64,000 nucleotides of DNA from Candidatus Marinacidobacterium sp. (GTDB lineage: Bacteria; Acidobacteriota; Vicinamibacteria; Marinacidobacterales; Marinacidobacteraceae). This document shows positions 9,812 through 19,174 of the stretch, piece by piece; the first letter of the stretch is position 1, and each line of letters starts with the position of its first letter. The stretch covers positions 576,001 to 640,000 of the forward strand of contig OZ242011.1 of assembly GCA_965204755.1 (NCBI GenBank), given 5' to 3'. The notes beneath the pieces were generated by a model. It worked only from the letters and a program-made list of their open reading frames with translations. It had not been told where the DNA came from and did not search any database. The position numbers and the translations under genes are program-made.

Positions 9812-10024
9812 TGTCAACCGGCGCCGAAAATGTCCCACTTTCAAGCAACGAAAACGCCCCACCTCGGGGAGTGTCGAGAGACACCAACTCTTACGCCGTT
9901 GGGAGACACCGACTTTTGGGCGCCCGGAGGCGGCGGAGGGGAGGAGGGGAGGAGGGGTCCGGCGGGTCGTGTCAACGGGCCGCGAATAGTGGACAGAAAT
10001 GGGATCCGAAAAGTGGACACTTTT
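9812..10024 (+). mobile_element. Three orphan IS21-family-like terminal sequences in tandem (no transposase)
   Basis: TGTC starts at 9812, 9872 and 9970, each followed by two imperfect internal direct repeats. Confidence 0.55.
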
Positions 10025-10546
10025 CGTCCTCGGGTCGCGGGTCGGAGGGAAGGGCCGGGACGGGGCCTGGGGCGCCTTGGCGGTGGTGGCGCCCCGGGAT
10101 CCCGGCGCCCCTCCGGGAAGGGAAGGCCGAGGCGGGGTCCGGGGCGTCTCGGCGGAGCGTCCGGGCCGGTGGGCGCGACGGCCGGGGACGGAGGGAGCGG
10201 AGCGACCGGAGCGCCACGACCGCAGACGACGGGGGCGGTGACGGCGGGCGCGCAAGGCCGCGGCCCGCCGGGGGCGTGTCATGAGACCCGACTCCTGCGC
10301 ACCCGGCGGCGAAGAGCCCCGGCAGAGGGCGGCCGCGGGGCGCGAGGGGGATGACGGTTCCTGTCGCGGGGGCGCCCTACCCTCCTCGTCGTGGCGATTC
10401 ACGATGGTTCCGACGCCCCGGCGGGGGCGCTTCGGCGGGTTCCCGATCGCGGGCCCGATTGCGTTCCCGATCGCGAAGATCCGGCGGCGGCGCTCCCGGC
10501 CGAGGGCGCCGCGCGGCGGGGTCGGGGCGGCGGCCGGCGGTGGCGG

Positions 10547-11857
10547 GTGCGGGCGGCGGTTGCGGCGGCGGTTTGGGCGGGGGTCTTCGGCGGCTGCGGC
10601 GGCGACGCGCCGACGACTCCGGGGGCGCCGGCGGCGCCGGCCGCGGCCGGTCGGGGCGCGGGGTCGGCCGGCGGGGCGGGCGGTAGGTTCCTCTGGAGCG
10701 TCGAAGTGCACGACGGGGGCGGCGACTTCCGGTGGGCCGTCGACGAGGAGCCCGTCGCCGCCGGGGCGACCGGTTCCGCTTCGCTGCCGCGGGGTTTCTT
10801 CCACGGGCGCCTGCAGCAGCCGGTGCTCCACTTCCTGGTGAAGCGGCAGGGCGGCGGCGGGCCGGTCGGGCTGTCCGTCGTCTCGCGCACCGCGCCGGAG
10901 TTCCGGCCGTTCGAGTCGCCGTTCGGCGACTCGTTCGGGGACGGCGAGGCCTATGTGTATGTCGGCGGCTACGGCGGGGTAACCCTCGAGGCGCGGGGCG
11001 ACGGGGCCGGGGACCGGTCGCGGTTCGTCGTCGAGGTCGGCGACGCCGGGGACAACGCGCCGGACATCGAGACCGTGTGGTACGCCGGGGATCATGCGCT
11101 GCCGGTCGTTCCGGTTCTCGGACGGAGGCCGCCGACCTGCGACGGCTCGGTCCGGGAGAGCGCGCTGCGGTTCACCGGGCGGGTCTGGAGCGGCTGGCGG
11201 CTGCCGATTCCGGTGGACCTGGTGGACAACTTCCCGACGGACCGCGTGCCCTGGACCTGGTCGGGCGAGGTTCCGACGGACTGGCACGAGCCGTTCGACC
11301 TCGGTCGGATCCGGGAGCAGGTCGAGGCCTACGCCGAGCAGATCGAGCGGAACCTCGGGTTCGCGGTCATCGAGACGGGGAAGGTGATCTCCGAGGAGAC
11401 GCTCGCCGCGGAGGGCGGCGCCGACCGGCCGCGCCGGACGGAGCGGTTCCACCTCGGCTACCGCGTGGGGGACTGTCCGTTCGGGTTCACCGCCGCCTGC
11501 GCCCATATCGAGTCGGGGTTCGCTTCGTGGGCCGCCCGCGCTTCGGTCGGGGACTTCGGGGAAGCGATCGGCGTCGCTCACGAGATCGAACACCTGCTCG
11601 GCTTCAAGCGCGAATACAACGCCTTCGACGACACCTCGCTCGCTCCGGACGGGGTGGCGATGGACCAGCCGGCCTACCTCAACTTCCTGCCCGGCCAGCG
11701 GTACTGGACCGGAAACCACGAATGGCGGTGCGGGCTGGTCGGGCGGAACCACATCGCCTCGACCAGCGACTGCTACAAGGAGTGGGACGACTCGCGCTAC
11801 ACGGCGTCGGCGACGCTGGCGAACCTCTACTGCATCTTCGAGCCGCAGTCGCGATGA
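10547..11857 (+). CDS. Putative lipoprotein with zinc-metalloprotease-like (HExxH) C-terminal domain; start uncertain (ORF open from 10391)
   Basis: Hydrophobic stretch ending VFGGC followed by GGDAPTTP; AHEIEHLLGF motif; several Cys. Confidence 0.6.
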   Translation: MRAAVAAAVWAGVFGGCGGDAPTTPGAPAAPAAAGRGAGSAGGAGGRFLWSVEVHDGGGDFRWAVDEEPVAAGATGSASLPRGFFHGRLQQPVLHFLVKRQGGGGPVGLSVVSRTAPEFRPFESPFGDSFGDGEAYVYVGGYGGVTLEARGDGAGDRSRFVVEVGDAGDNAPDIETVWYAGDHALPVVPVLGRRPPTCDGSVRESALRFTGRVWSGWRLPIPVDLVDNFPTDRVPWTWSGEVPTDWHEPFDLGRIREQVEAYAEQIERNLGFAVIETGKVISEETLAAEGGADRPRRTERFHLGYRVGDCPFGFTAACAHIESGFASWAARASVGDFGEAIGVAHEIEHLLGFKREYNAFDDTSLAPDGVAMDQPAYLNFLPGQRYWTGNHEWRCGLVGRNHIASTSDCYKEWDDSRYTASATLANLYCIFEPQSR

Positions 11858-11870
11858 GACACGACCCGGC

Positions 11871-11910
11871 GCCGGTTGACGCCGGTTGACGCCGGTTGAC
11901 GCCGGTTGAC
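11871..11910. repeat. Tandem repeat (GCCGGTTGAC)x4
   Basis: Read directly. Confidence 0.95.
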
Positions 11911-11945
11911 GCCGCCTCCCGGCCCGGCCTCCCCCCCGGAGCGCC

Positions 11946-12408
11946 GGAGCCGGTGTTTTCGAGGGAGCCTGTGTCTTTGGCCTGTGTCTTTCCGGGGGAG
12001 CCTGTGTCTTTAGCCTGTGTCTTTCCGAAGGAGCCTGTGTCTTTAGCCTGTGTTTCTTACTCGGGAGCCTGTGTCTTTCGTATGTAACTTGTTGTTTTTC
12101 ATGGACTTATCTGACTCATGCCCTTCGGCGGGCGCGAAGCGGCGGGGAAAGGCCGATCCGGCGCGCGGCAGGCGGAGGGGGCTCGATCCGGCGGCTTTCC
12201 GGGCAGCCATCGGGGGCTCCGGCTCGCGCGGCTCGCTGCCGGAGCGGCGGAGCCGGTGTGGCGGACGCAGGGTCTCGAACCTGTGCTTTTCGACGGCGAG
12301 CCTGTGCTTTTCGAGCGAGCCTGTGTCTTTCGAGCGAGCCTGTGCTTTTCGAGCGAGCCTGTGTCTTTCGACGGTGAGCCTGTGTCTTTCCGGCCTGTGT
12401 CTTTCCGG
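11946..12408 (+). repeat. Two arrays of direct repeats, core GCCTGTG(TC/CT)TTT, ~15 copies, flanking an AT-rich imperfect palindrome at 12085-12109
   Basis: About 8 copies in 11946-12079 and about 7 in 12276-12408, all in the same orientation. Confidence 0.9.
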
Positions 12409-12465
12409 CGGGGGTTTTCTGCAGCCCGCAGAGACCGGCGGAGCGACGACCGGGGAGGGCGCCGG

Positions 12466-13617
12466 TCAGTGGCCGAGGTCGCGGAGGATGCCCGGGTTGT
12501 CGCGCCAGCCGGCGCGGACGCGGACCTGGAGGCCGAGGAAGACCTTGCGGCCCAGGCGGGACTCGAGGCTGGCGCGGGCTTCGGAGCCGACGCGCTTCAG
12601 CATCGAGCCGCCGCGGCCGATGACGATGCCGCGCTGCGAGTCGCGGTCCACCAGGACGGAGGCGCGGATGCGGACGAGGCCGCCTTCCGGGGCGGAGTCG
12701 TCGTACTCCTCGATGCGCACCGCGGCGGCGTGCGGGACCTCCTGGCGGAGGTGGTGGAGCATCCGTTCGCGCACCTCTTCGGCGGCGAAGAAGGCCTCCG
12801 GGAGGTCGGTGATCCGGTCCTCCTCGTAGAGCGGCGGGCCGAACGGCAGCCGGGCGGCCACCGCCGGGAGCAGCGGGCCGGCGCCGGCGTCGGCGCGTTC
12901 CGCCCCGCGCCGCGCGGGGGCCTCCTCCACATTCGCTCCGGTGAGGGCCGAGAAGACGACGACCGCCACCGGCGCCGGCGGCGCATCGGAGTCGGGGTCG
13001 GGAGCGCGAGCGGGGTCGGGGTCGGCGGGTTCGCCCGGGGTCCGGCGGGGGGCGAGGGCGTCCCGGAACTCGGCGGCGGTCCGGGCGAGGCCGGCCGGCG
13101 AAGCGAGGTCGCTCTTGTTGAGCCCCACCACCACCGGGCCGGCGAACCCGCGAAGGCGGCGGAGCAGGCGGTCCCGCTCCTCCCCGGCGCCGGGGCGGGC
13201 GCCGTCCACGACCGCGAGCGCGACATCCGCTCCGGAGAGCGTCTCCGAGACGGCGCGCATCATCGCCCGGCCGAGGCCGTGCCGGGGGCGGTGGACGCCG
13301 GGGGTGTCCACGAGGACGCACTCGAGACCCGGCCGCCGCGCGATCCCCAGGATCCGCCGCCGGGTGGTCTGCGGCTTCCGGCTCACGATGGCGAGGCGCT
13401 CGCCCACCAGCCGGTTCAGCAGCGTGGACTTCCCCGCGCCGGGCAGGCCCACCAGCGCCACGAACCCCGACCGGTGGGACGCCGCCGCGCCGCCGGCCGA
13501 CCGGGCGGGCGCGCCCCCGCCGTCCCCCGGCGCGTCACCCGCCGCGTCCCGCGGCGCGTCCCCTCCCCCGGCGGCCGCCGCCGACCCGCGGCGCCGGCGG
13601 GCCGCCCCGGCCGTCAG
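12466..13617 (-). CDS. era: GTPase Era (start probably CTG overlapping upstream stop)
   Basis: GFVALVGLPGAGKSTLLN, PQTTR, DTPG, NKSD, KH domain VIGRGG. Confidence 0.93.
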   Translation of the reverse strand: MTAGAARRRRGSAAAAGGGDAPRDAAGDAPGDGGGAPARSAGGAAASHRSGFVALVGLPGAGKSTLLNRLVGERLAIVSRKPQTTRRRILGIARRPGLECVLVDTPGVHRPRHGLGRAMMRAVSETLSGADVALAVVDGARPGAGEERDRLLRRLRGFAGPVVVGLNKSDLASPAGLARTAAEFRDALAPRRTPGEPADPDPARAPDPDSDAPPAPVAVVVFSALTGANVEEAPARRGAERADAGAGPLLPAVAARLPFGPPLYEEDRITDLPEAFFAAEEVRERMLHHLRQEVPHAAAVRIEEYDDSAPEGGLVRIRASVLVDRDSQRGIVIGRGGSMLKRVGSEARASLESRLGRKVFLGLQVRVRAGWRDNPGILRDLGH

Positions 13618-14918
13618 TCCTCCGCCCCCGACGGGGCCGACGGAGGGGCCGACCCCGGGCCCGACGGGCTCGCCGGGGACGCCTCCGGCGGCGCCTCCCG
13701 GAACACGCGCATCCGGTGCACCCGCCGGGCGTCCGCCTCCAGCACCTCGACCCGGACGCCCTCCGCCTCCACCACTTCGCCGGGCTCCGGGATCCGCCCC
13801 GCCGCCGCGACCACGAACCCCGAGAGGGTGTCGTAGGCGGCCCCGCGCACCGACTCCGGCAGCCGGAGACCGGTCATCCGCGACACCAGGTCCGGCTCCG
13901 CGCCCCCCCGCGCCAGGAAGACCCCCTCGGACTCCTCCTCCACATCGGCGCCTTCGCCGTCCTCGCGCACCTCGCCGACGATCTCCTCGGAGATGTCCCG
14001 GAGGGTGACGATCCCGGACACGCTGCCGCGTTCGTCCACCACCACCGCGAAGGTCTGCCGGCTGCGCTTGAACTCCTCGAGCAGGTCGTCGAGGCGCTTC
14101 GTCTCCGGCACCACCCGCACCTCCCGGAGGAGCGGCCCGAGCCCGCCCCCGCCGCCGCGCTCCCGCCGGGCGGCGATCAGGTCCACCGCGTCCACGAGGC
14201 CCGCGACGCCGCCCTCGCCCCGGTCGCGGAAGACCGGGATCCGGTGGTGGCGGCTCTCGGCCACCAGGCGTTCGACTTCCGCCACGCCGGCGCCGCTCTC
14301 GACGGAGACCACCGCCGGCCGGGGGGTCATCACCTCGCGGACGAGCATCTCGTCGAGTTCGAGGACGCCCCGCACCATCGCCGCCTCGTCCTCCTCCAGG
14401 ATGCCCTCCTCCTCGCCGGTCTCGAGGAACGCTTCGACCTCCTCGTCGGTGGCCTCTTCGCCCACCTCTTCGGACAGCGGGAAGAAGCGCCGGAGGAGCC
14501 GGCGGAGCGGCTCGGCCGCCGGCCGGAGGAGCGCCTCGAACCGGCGGAAGAGCGGCAGCAGCCGCCGGAGGACGCGCTCCGGGTCCCGGAGCAGCACCGC
14601 CGCGGGGACGACTTCGCGGAGGAGGAGATAGCCCCCCGCGGCGGCCGGCGGGAACCAGGCCCAAGCCCCGCCGTCGGGACCGGACTGCCACGCCGCCGCG
14701 CCGGCGAGCCCGGCGCAGCCGAGGAGGCCGAGGCGGGTGGGGATCAGCACCGCGAGCGGGTCCGCCAGCCGTTCGCGCAGCGCCCGCGCTTCCTCCGGCT
14801 CCTCGTCGAGCGCCCGCACCGCGATCTCGCTCGACGAGAAGAACGCGATCTCGAACAGGGCGAGCAGCACCACGCCCGCGGCGCAGGCGAAGAGCAGCAG
14901 CCCCTGGAGCGCGCTCAC
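13614..14918 (-). CDS. HlyC/CorC family CBS-domain transporter-associated protein
   Basis: N-terminal TM (DUF21-like), VREVMTPR CBS pair, VVVDERG, C-terminal CorC_HlyC YDTLSG. Confidence 0.88.
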   Translation of the reverse strand: MSALQGLLLFACAAGVVLLALFEIAFFSSSEIAVRALDEEPEEARALRERLADPLAVLIPTRLGLLGCAGLAGAAAWQSGPDGGAWAWFPPAAAGGYLLLREVVPAAVLLRDPERVLRRLLPLFRRFEALLRPAAEPLRRLLRRFFPLSEEVGEEATDEEVEAFLETGEEEGILEEDEAAMVRGVLELDEMLVREVMTPRPAVVSVESGAGVAEVERLVAESRHHRIPVFRDRGEGGVAGLVDAVDLIAARRERGGGGGLGPLLREVRVVPETKRLDDLLEEFKRSRQTFAVVVDERGSVSGIVTLRDISEEIVGEVREDGEGADVEEESEGVFLARGGAEPDLVSRMTGLRLPESVRGAAYDTLSGFVVAAAGRIPEPGEVVEAEGVRVEVLEADARRVHRMRVFREAPPEASPASPSGPGSAPPSAPSGAED

Positions 14919-15568
14919 GCCGACCCCTCCCCTCCCGCCGCCGAACCGCCCGCCGACGAACCACCCGCCGCCGGACCGCCCGCGGCGGACGCCGGGGCGA
15001 GCCCGTGGCGACGGCGCAGCAGGCGTTCGAGCCGCTCCATCTCGCCCCGGTCGCGCTCGTGGTCCCAGCCGAGCAGGTGCAGCACGCCGTGGAGCGCCAG
15101 CAGGCGCAGTTCCGTCTCGAGCGGGTGGCCGCGCTCCGCCGCCTGGCGCGCCGCCGTCTCCGCGGACACCGCCAGGTCGCCGAGGTACGCCGGCTCGCCG
15201 CCGAAGGCCCCCTCCTCCGGCGCCCCGGCGGGGAAGGCCAGCACATCGGTCGGGCGGTCCTTCTCCCGGAACCGCCGGTTCAACTCGCGCATCTTCCGGT
15301 CGGAGAGGACGCGGAGCGTCGCGGCCCGCCGGTCGCCGGGCGCGGCGTCCTCCGCGACCCGGACGAGGAAGGCGGCGAGCCCGGCGGCGTCCACCGGGAA
15401 CCGCCGCTGGCGGTTCTGGACGACGAACCGGCCGGCGGCGCGGCCCCCGGAATCCGGAGGGGGCTCCGCGTCGCCGGCCGGCAGCGGCCCCGCAGACGGG
15501 GAAGCCGACGGGGAGGCCGACGCGGAGACCGCCGCCTCGACCGCGCCGCCCGCGGAGGAGGGGATCAC
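14915..15568 (-). CDS. ybeY: rRNA maturation RNase YbeY
   Basis: MRELNRRFREKDRPTDVLAF, LGDL, HGVLHLLGWDH. Confidence 0.93.
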   Translation of the reverse strand: MIPSSAGGAVEAAVSASASPSASPSAGPLPAGDAEPPPDSGGRAAGRFVVQNRQRRFPVDAAGLAAFLVRVAEDAAPGDRRAATLRVLSDRKMRELNRRFREKDRPTDVLAFPAGAPEEGAFGGEPAYLGDLAVSAETAARQAAERGHPLETELRLLALHGVLHLLGWDHERDRGEMERLERLLRRRHGLAPASAAGGPAAGGSSAGGSAAGGEGSA

Positions 15569-17898
15569 GCTTCGGCGGCCGCCGGCGCCCCGGCGCGGCC
15601 GCCGACGGCGGAGTCCTCCGGCGGCGGGGCGGACGGGCGGCTGAAGTCGAACCCCGGGTAGGGCACGCGGCCGTGGTGGATGCCGCCCAGCGTCGAGAGG
15701 AAACTCGTCCGGATCGCCCGCATGTCGCCCAGCGTCAGCCCGGACTCGGTGAGTTGGTCGTCCTCGACCAGCGACTCGACGATCCGGTCGATGACCCGCG
15801 CCAGTTCCGCCGGCCCCGGGGTCTCCAGACTGCGCGCCGCGGCCTCCACGCTGTCCGCCATCATGATGATCCCCGCCTCGCGGGTCTGGGGTTTCGGCCC
15901 GGCGTAGCGGAAGGCCGCCTCGTCCACCGCCGCGCCGTTCGCTTCCGCCTTCGCCTTCTCGTAGAAGAAGCGGATGAGGCGGGTGCCGTGGTGCTGCGGA
16001 ATCACATCCACGATGTCCGGGGGCAGTTTCAGCCGGCGGGCGTCCTCGATGCCGTCGGAGACATGGCGGCGGATGATGTCGGCGCTCACTTCCGGCGGCA
16101 GTTCGTCGTGCGGCGACTCGTTCCCGCGGGTGTTCTCGACGAAGTACCGGACCCGGTTCAGTTTGCCGATGTCGTGGTAGAGCGCGGCGGTGGAGCAGAG
16201 CGTCGGGTTCGCGCCCACCGCGTCGGCGGCGGACTCGGCGAGGATGCCCACGAGGACGCTGTGCTGGTAGGTCGCCGGCGCGGAGACCGCCAGCGAGCGG
16301 AGCACCGGGCTGTCGCGGCGGGCGAGTTCCATGAGCCGCAGGTCGCTCGTCCGCTCGAAGACCGCTTCGGCGACCGGGAGGACGAGTTGGACCAGCGCCA
16401 CCGACAGCAGGGCGCCGATGAGGGCGGCCCCGGCTTCGAGGGCGAGCCGGGGGAACCCGCTGAAGACGCCGCGCACCACTTCGAGCGCGACGACCACCGC
16501 GACCGCCGAGAGCCCCACCGACGCCCCCACCCGCAGCAGCCGCACCGGGCGCTCGGCGCGCCGGTGGAAGAACACCGCCGCGCAGCCGGTGAGCAGGGAG
16601 AACAGACCCAGCGTCGGGTGGCCGGTCATCATCGTGAGCGACGCGGAGAAGAGCGCCGTGGTGAGGAGCGCGGCGGCGGCGTTCTCCAGCAGGAGCACCA
16701 CCAGCGCGACCGAGGCGAAGGGGGCGGCCCACACCAGCGCCGTCGGGTCCGAGAACGGCTCCTGCGCCACCTGCGCGGCGAGCGCCCGGGCGAAGAAGCC
16801 GAGCAGGCGGGCGACCGCCAGGTGGAAGACCAGGATCGTCCCGGCGAGCGCGAACCCGTGGGCCAGCCACCGCTCGCCGGGGCGGGCGGGCAGGAGCAGC
16901 GTCCGGAGGAGCCAGACCACCACCCCGGCGAACACCAGCGCGCCGAACCCCACCCAGCCGGAGGCGGTGGGGGAAGTCGCCGAGAGTTCCAGCATCTGCC
17001 GGTGGGCGAGCGGGGTCACTTCGTCCCCGGCGCGGATGATGGTGCGCCCCCGCCGGACGCGCAGCACCACGGTTTCGACGGCCTGGCCGGCTTCGCTGCG
17101 CAGCCGGGTGGTCTCGACTTCGTTCCGGTCGAGGGTGGGCCGGAGGAAGGCCGAGGAGAGCCCGGCGAGCGCGCGGCGGGGCCCGGCGCCGAGTTCCGAG
17201 AGCGCGAGCACCTGGAGGCTGGCGGCTTCGGTGGCCTCTTCCAGCGACAGGATGTTCGAGAAGTCGCTGATGACCCGGGCGGCGTCGGACTGCGGGTCGT
17301 GGCGCTGGATCGGGCGGCCGAGGGCGGCGATGGCGCTCTTCTCCGTCAGGATGTCGCGGGCGAGGACGCTGCCCACCGCGTCGGCGAGGCTCTGCTCGAC
17401 CTCCGGGGCGAACGCCAGACGCTCCAGCAGGTCGAGCCCCTCCGGCGGGAGGTCGGTGTCCAGCAGGCGGGCGAAGGTGCTGCGGAAGGCCGGCTCGGCG
17501 ACGGTGCCGGAGACGACCGCCTCCCGGCCGAAGGAGAAGGCGGCGGCCAGCCGGGCGCGCACCAGGTCGCGGGCCTGGGGGTCGAAGTCGTAGACATCGG
17601 GCACGAGTTCGACCGCCTCGCGGCGGCGCTCCTCGGTGGCGGCGGCGTCCTCGTAGGTGAAGTCGCGGGCCGCCCGCACGGTGCGCGAGGCGATCTCGCC
17701 GACCTCATAGACCGGGGCGCGGAGGCCGAGGCCGGGCCAGATGAGCAGCGCCAGCGCGACGGCGAACACCGACCCGACGAGGCCGGTGCGGGCGAAGGAG
17801 TAGTCGCGCGCCCGGAGGAAGAGGCGGCGGAACCGCAGGGCGAGTCCGGCCCGGGGCTCGACCTCCGGGGCGCCGCCGGCGGGGGTCGGTTCGTCCAT
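15565..17898 (-). CDS. 7TM-HD (HDIG) phosphohydrolase, PgpH/YqfF-like
   Basis: Extracellular domain, ~7 TM helices, APATYQHS, YHDIGK, PQHHGT, MMADSVEAA; phoH-HD-ybeY synteny. Confidence 0.9.
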   Translation of the reverse strand: MDEPTPAGGAPEVEPRAGLALRFRRLFLRARDYSFARTGLVGSVFAVALALLIWPGLGLRAPVYEVGEIASRTVRAARDFTYEDAAATEERRREAVELVPDVYDFDPQARDLVRARLAAAFSFGREAVVSGTVAEPAFRSTFARLLDTDLPPEGLDLLERLAFAPEVEQSLADAVGSVLARDILTEKSAIAALGRPIQRHDPQSDAARVISDFSNILSLEEATEAASLQVLALSELGAGPRRALAGLSSAFLRPTLDRNEVETTRLRSEAGQAVETVVLRVRRGRTIIRAGDEVTPLAHRQMLELSATSPTASGWVGFGALVFAGVVVWLLRTLLLPARPGERWLAHGFALAGTILVFHLAVARLLGFFARALAAQVAQEPFSDPTALVWAAPFASVALVVLLLENAAAALLTTALFSASLTMMTGHPTLGLFSLLTGCAAVFFHRRAERPVRLLRVGASVGLSAVAVVVALEVVRGVFSGFPRLALEAGAALIGALLSVALVQLVLPVAEAVFERTSDLRLMELARRDSPVLRSLAVSAPATYQHSVLVGILAESAADAVGANPTLCSTAALYHDIGKLNRVRYFVENTRGNESPHDELPPEVSADIIRRHVSDGIEDARRLKLPPDIVDVIPQHHGTRLIRFFYEKAKAEANGAAVDEAAFRYAGPKPQTREAGIIMMADSVEAAARSLETPGPAELARVIDRIVESLVEDDQLTESGLTLGDMRAIRTSFLSTLGGIHHGRVPYPGFDFSRPSAPPPEDSAVGGRAGAPAAAEA

Positions 17899-18010
17899 CA
17901 GCGGCCGCCCGCGGAAAAAGCGCCCCGCCGTCCGCTCCTCGACGCGCCCCTCCCCGGGCGGCGCTTCGCGCCGACGGGCGCTCCCCGGACTTCCTCCACC
18001 GGCCCGCTAG
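17899..18010. mobile_element. Internally deleted copy of MITE-like repeat family
   Basis: Shares GCCCGyGGAAAAAGCGCCCCGCCGTCC and GGCGCTTCGCGCCGAC..GCGCTCCCCGGACTT with 40027-40253. Confidence 0.7.
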
Positions 18011-19044
18011 CCGACTTCGGCGGGTTCGGGGGCCGGGCGGGCCGGGGCGGCGTCCTCGGCGGCGTCTTCGGCGCGGCGCCGCCCGGCGCGGCGGGTCCGG
18101 GAGGCCTCGCTCGAGGCGTAGGCGCGGACGATGGCCTGGACGAGCCGGTGGCGGACGACATCGCTCTCTTCGAACCGCACCACGCCGACCCCTTCGAGCC
18201 CGCCGATCACGCCCAGACTCTCGGTGAGCCCGCTCACCCGGCCCGCCGGGAGGTCGTTCTGGGTGAGGTCGCCGGTGACCACCGCGCGGGCGCCGTTGCC
18301 CATGCGGGTGAGGAACATCTTCATCTGCTCCGAGGTGGTGTTCTGCGCCTCGTCGAGGATGATGAAGGAGTCGTTGAGGGTGCGGCCCCGCATGAACGCG
18401 AGCGGGGCGATCTCGATGACGCCGCGCTCCCGCAGGCGCTGCGCCTTCTCGGCGTCCATCATGTCGTGGAGCGCGTCGTAGAGCGGGCGGAGGTAGGGGT
18501 CCACCTTCTCGATGAGGTCGCCGGGGAGGAAGCCGAGTTTCTCGCCGGCCTCGACCGCCGGGCGGGTGAGGACGATGCGGCGCACCGCCTGGCCGTGCAG
18601 GGCTTCGACGGCGACCGCCATGGCGAGCCAGGTCTTGCCGGTGCCCGCCGGGCCGACGCCGAGCACCAGGTCGTTCGCCCGCAGCGCGCGGATGTACTCC
18701 AACTGGCGGAGGCTGCGGGGGCGGACCGCCTTCCCCGGCGAGGGGGCGATGACCGTGTCCACGAAGTAGTCGCGGAGCGAGGCGCCGGGGTCCTGCCGCA
18801 GGATGCGGATGGCGGCGCGCACATCGGACATCCGGTACCGCTGGCCGGTCTCCCGGTCGAGGGCGGCCAGCCCGTCGAGGGCGGCGGCGAGGAGCGCGAT
18901 CCGGTGCTCCGGGCCTTCCGCCAGCAGGACATCGCCCCGGCTCGCCAGCGTGAGGCCGAGGGAGTCCTCGAGCGAGCGGAGGTTGCGGTCGCGGATCCCG
19001 AAGAAGGCGAGCCCCCCCTCGCCGGGGATGGGGATGCGGGTCAT
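18007..19044 (-). CDS. phoH: PhoH family protein
   Basis: GPAGTGKT, LTRPAVEAGEKLGFLPGD, PLAFMRGRTL, ILDEAQN. Confidence 0.95.
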   Translation of the reverse strand: MTRIPIPGEGGLAFFGIRDRNLRSLEDSLGLTLASRGDVLLAEGPEHRIALLAAALDGLAALDRETGQRYRMSDVRAAIRILRQDPGASLRDYFVDTVIAPSPGKAVRPRSLRQLEYIRALRANDLVLGVGPAGTGKTWLAMAVAVEALHGQAVRRIVLTRPAVEAGEKLGFLPGDLIEKVDPYLRPLYDALHDMMDAEKAQRLRERGVIEIAPLAFMRGRTLNDSFIILDEAQNTTSEQMKMFLTRMGNGARAVVTGDLTQNDLPAGRVSGLTESLGVIGGLEGVGVVRFEESDVVRHRLVQAIVRAYASSEASRTRRAGRRRAEDAAEDAAPARPAPEPAEVG

Positions 19045-19174
19045 GGCGGGGGCGCTCACCCGGTCGCGCGCGGCGCGGGAGCGGCGCTTCGCGGCGTCGG
19101 CGCCGGGACCGGCGAACGGACGGGGAGCCCGCGCGGGGACTCGGGGGCGGCGGAGGCGCCGCGGAGAGGACCGG

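Noticed and set aside
11946-12408. Repeat arrays as a CRISPR array
   Set aside because: Repeats are only 12-14 bp with 0-8 bp gaps, no unique 26-45 bp spacers, and no cas genes in the window
11896-12829. ORFs with EPVSLACVF repeats
   Set aside because: Translation products of the DNA repeats; repeat lengths are not consistently multiples of three and there is no codon-bias support
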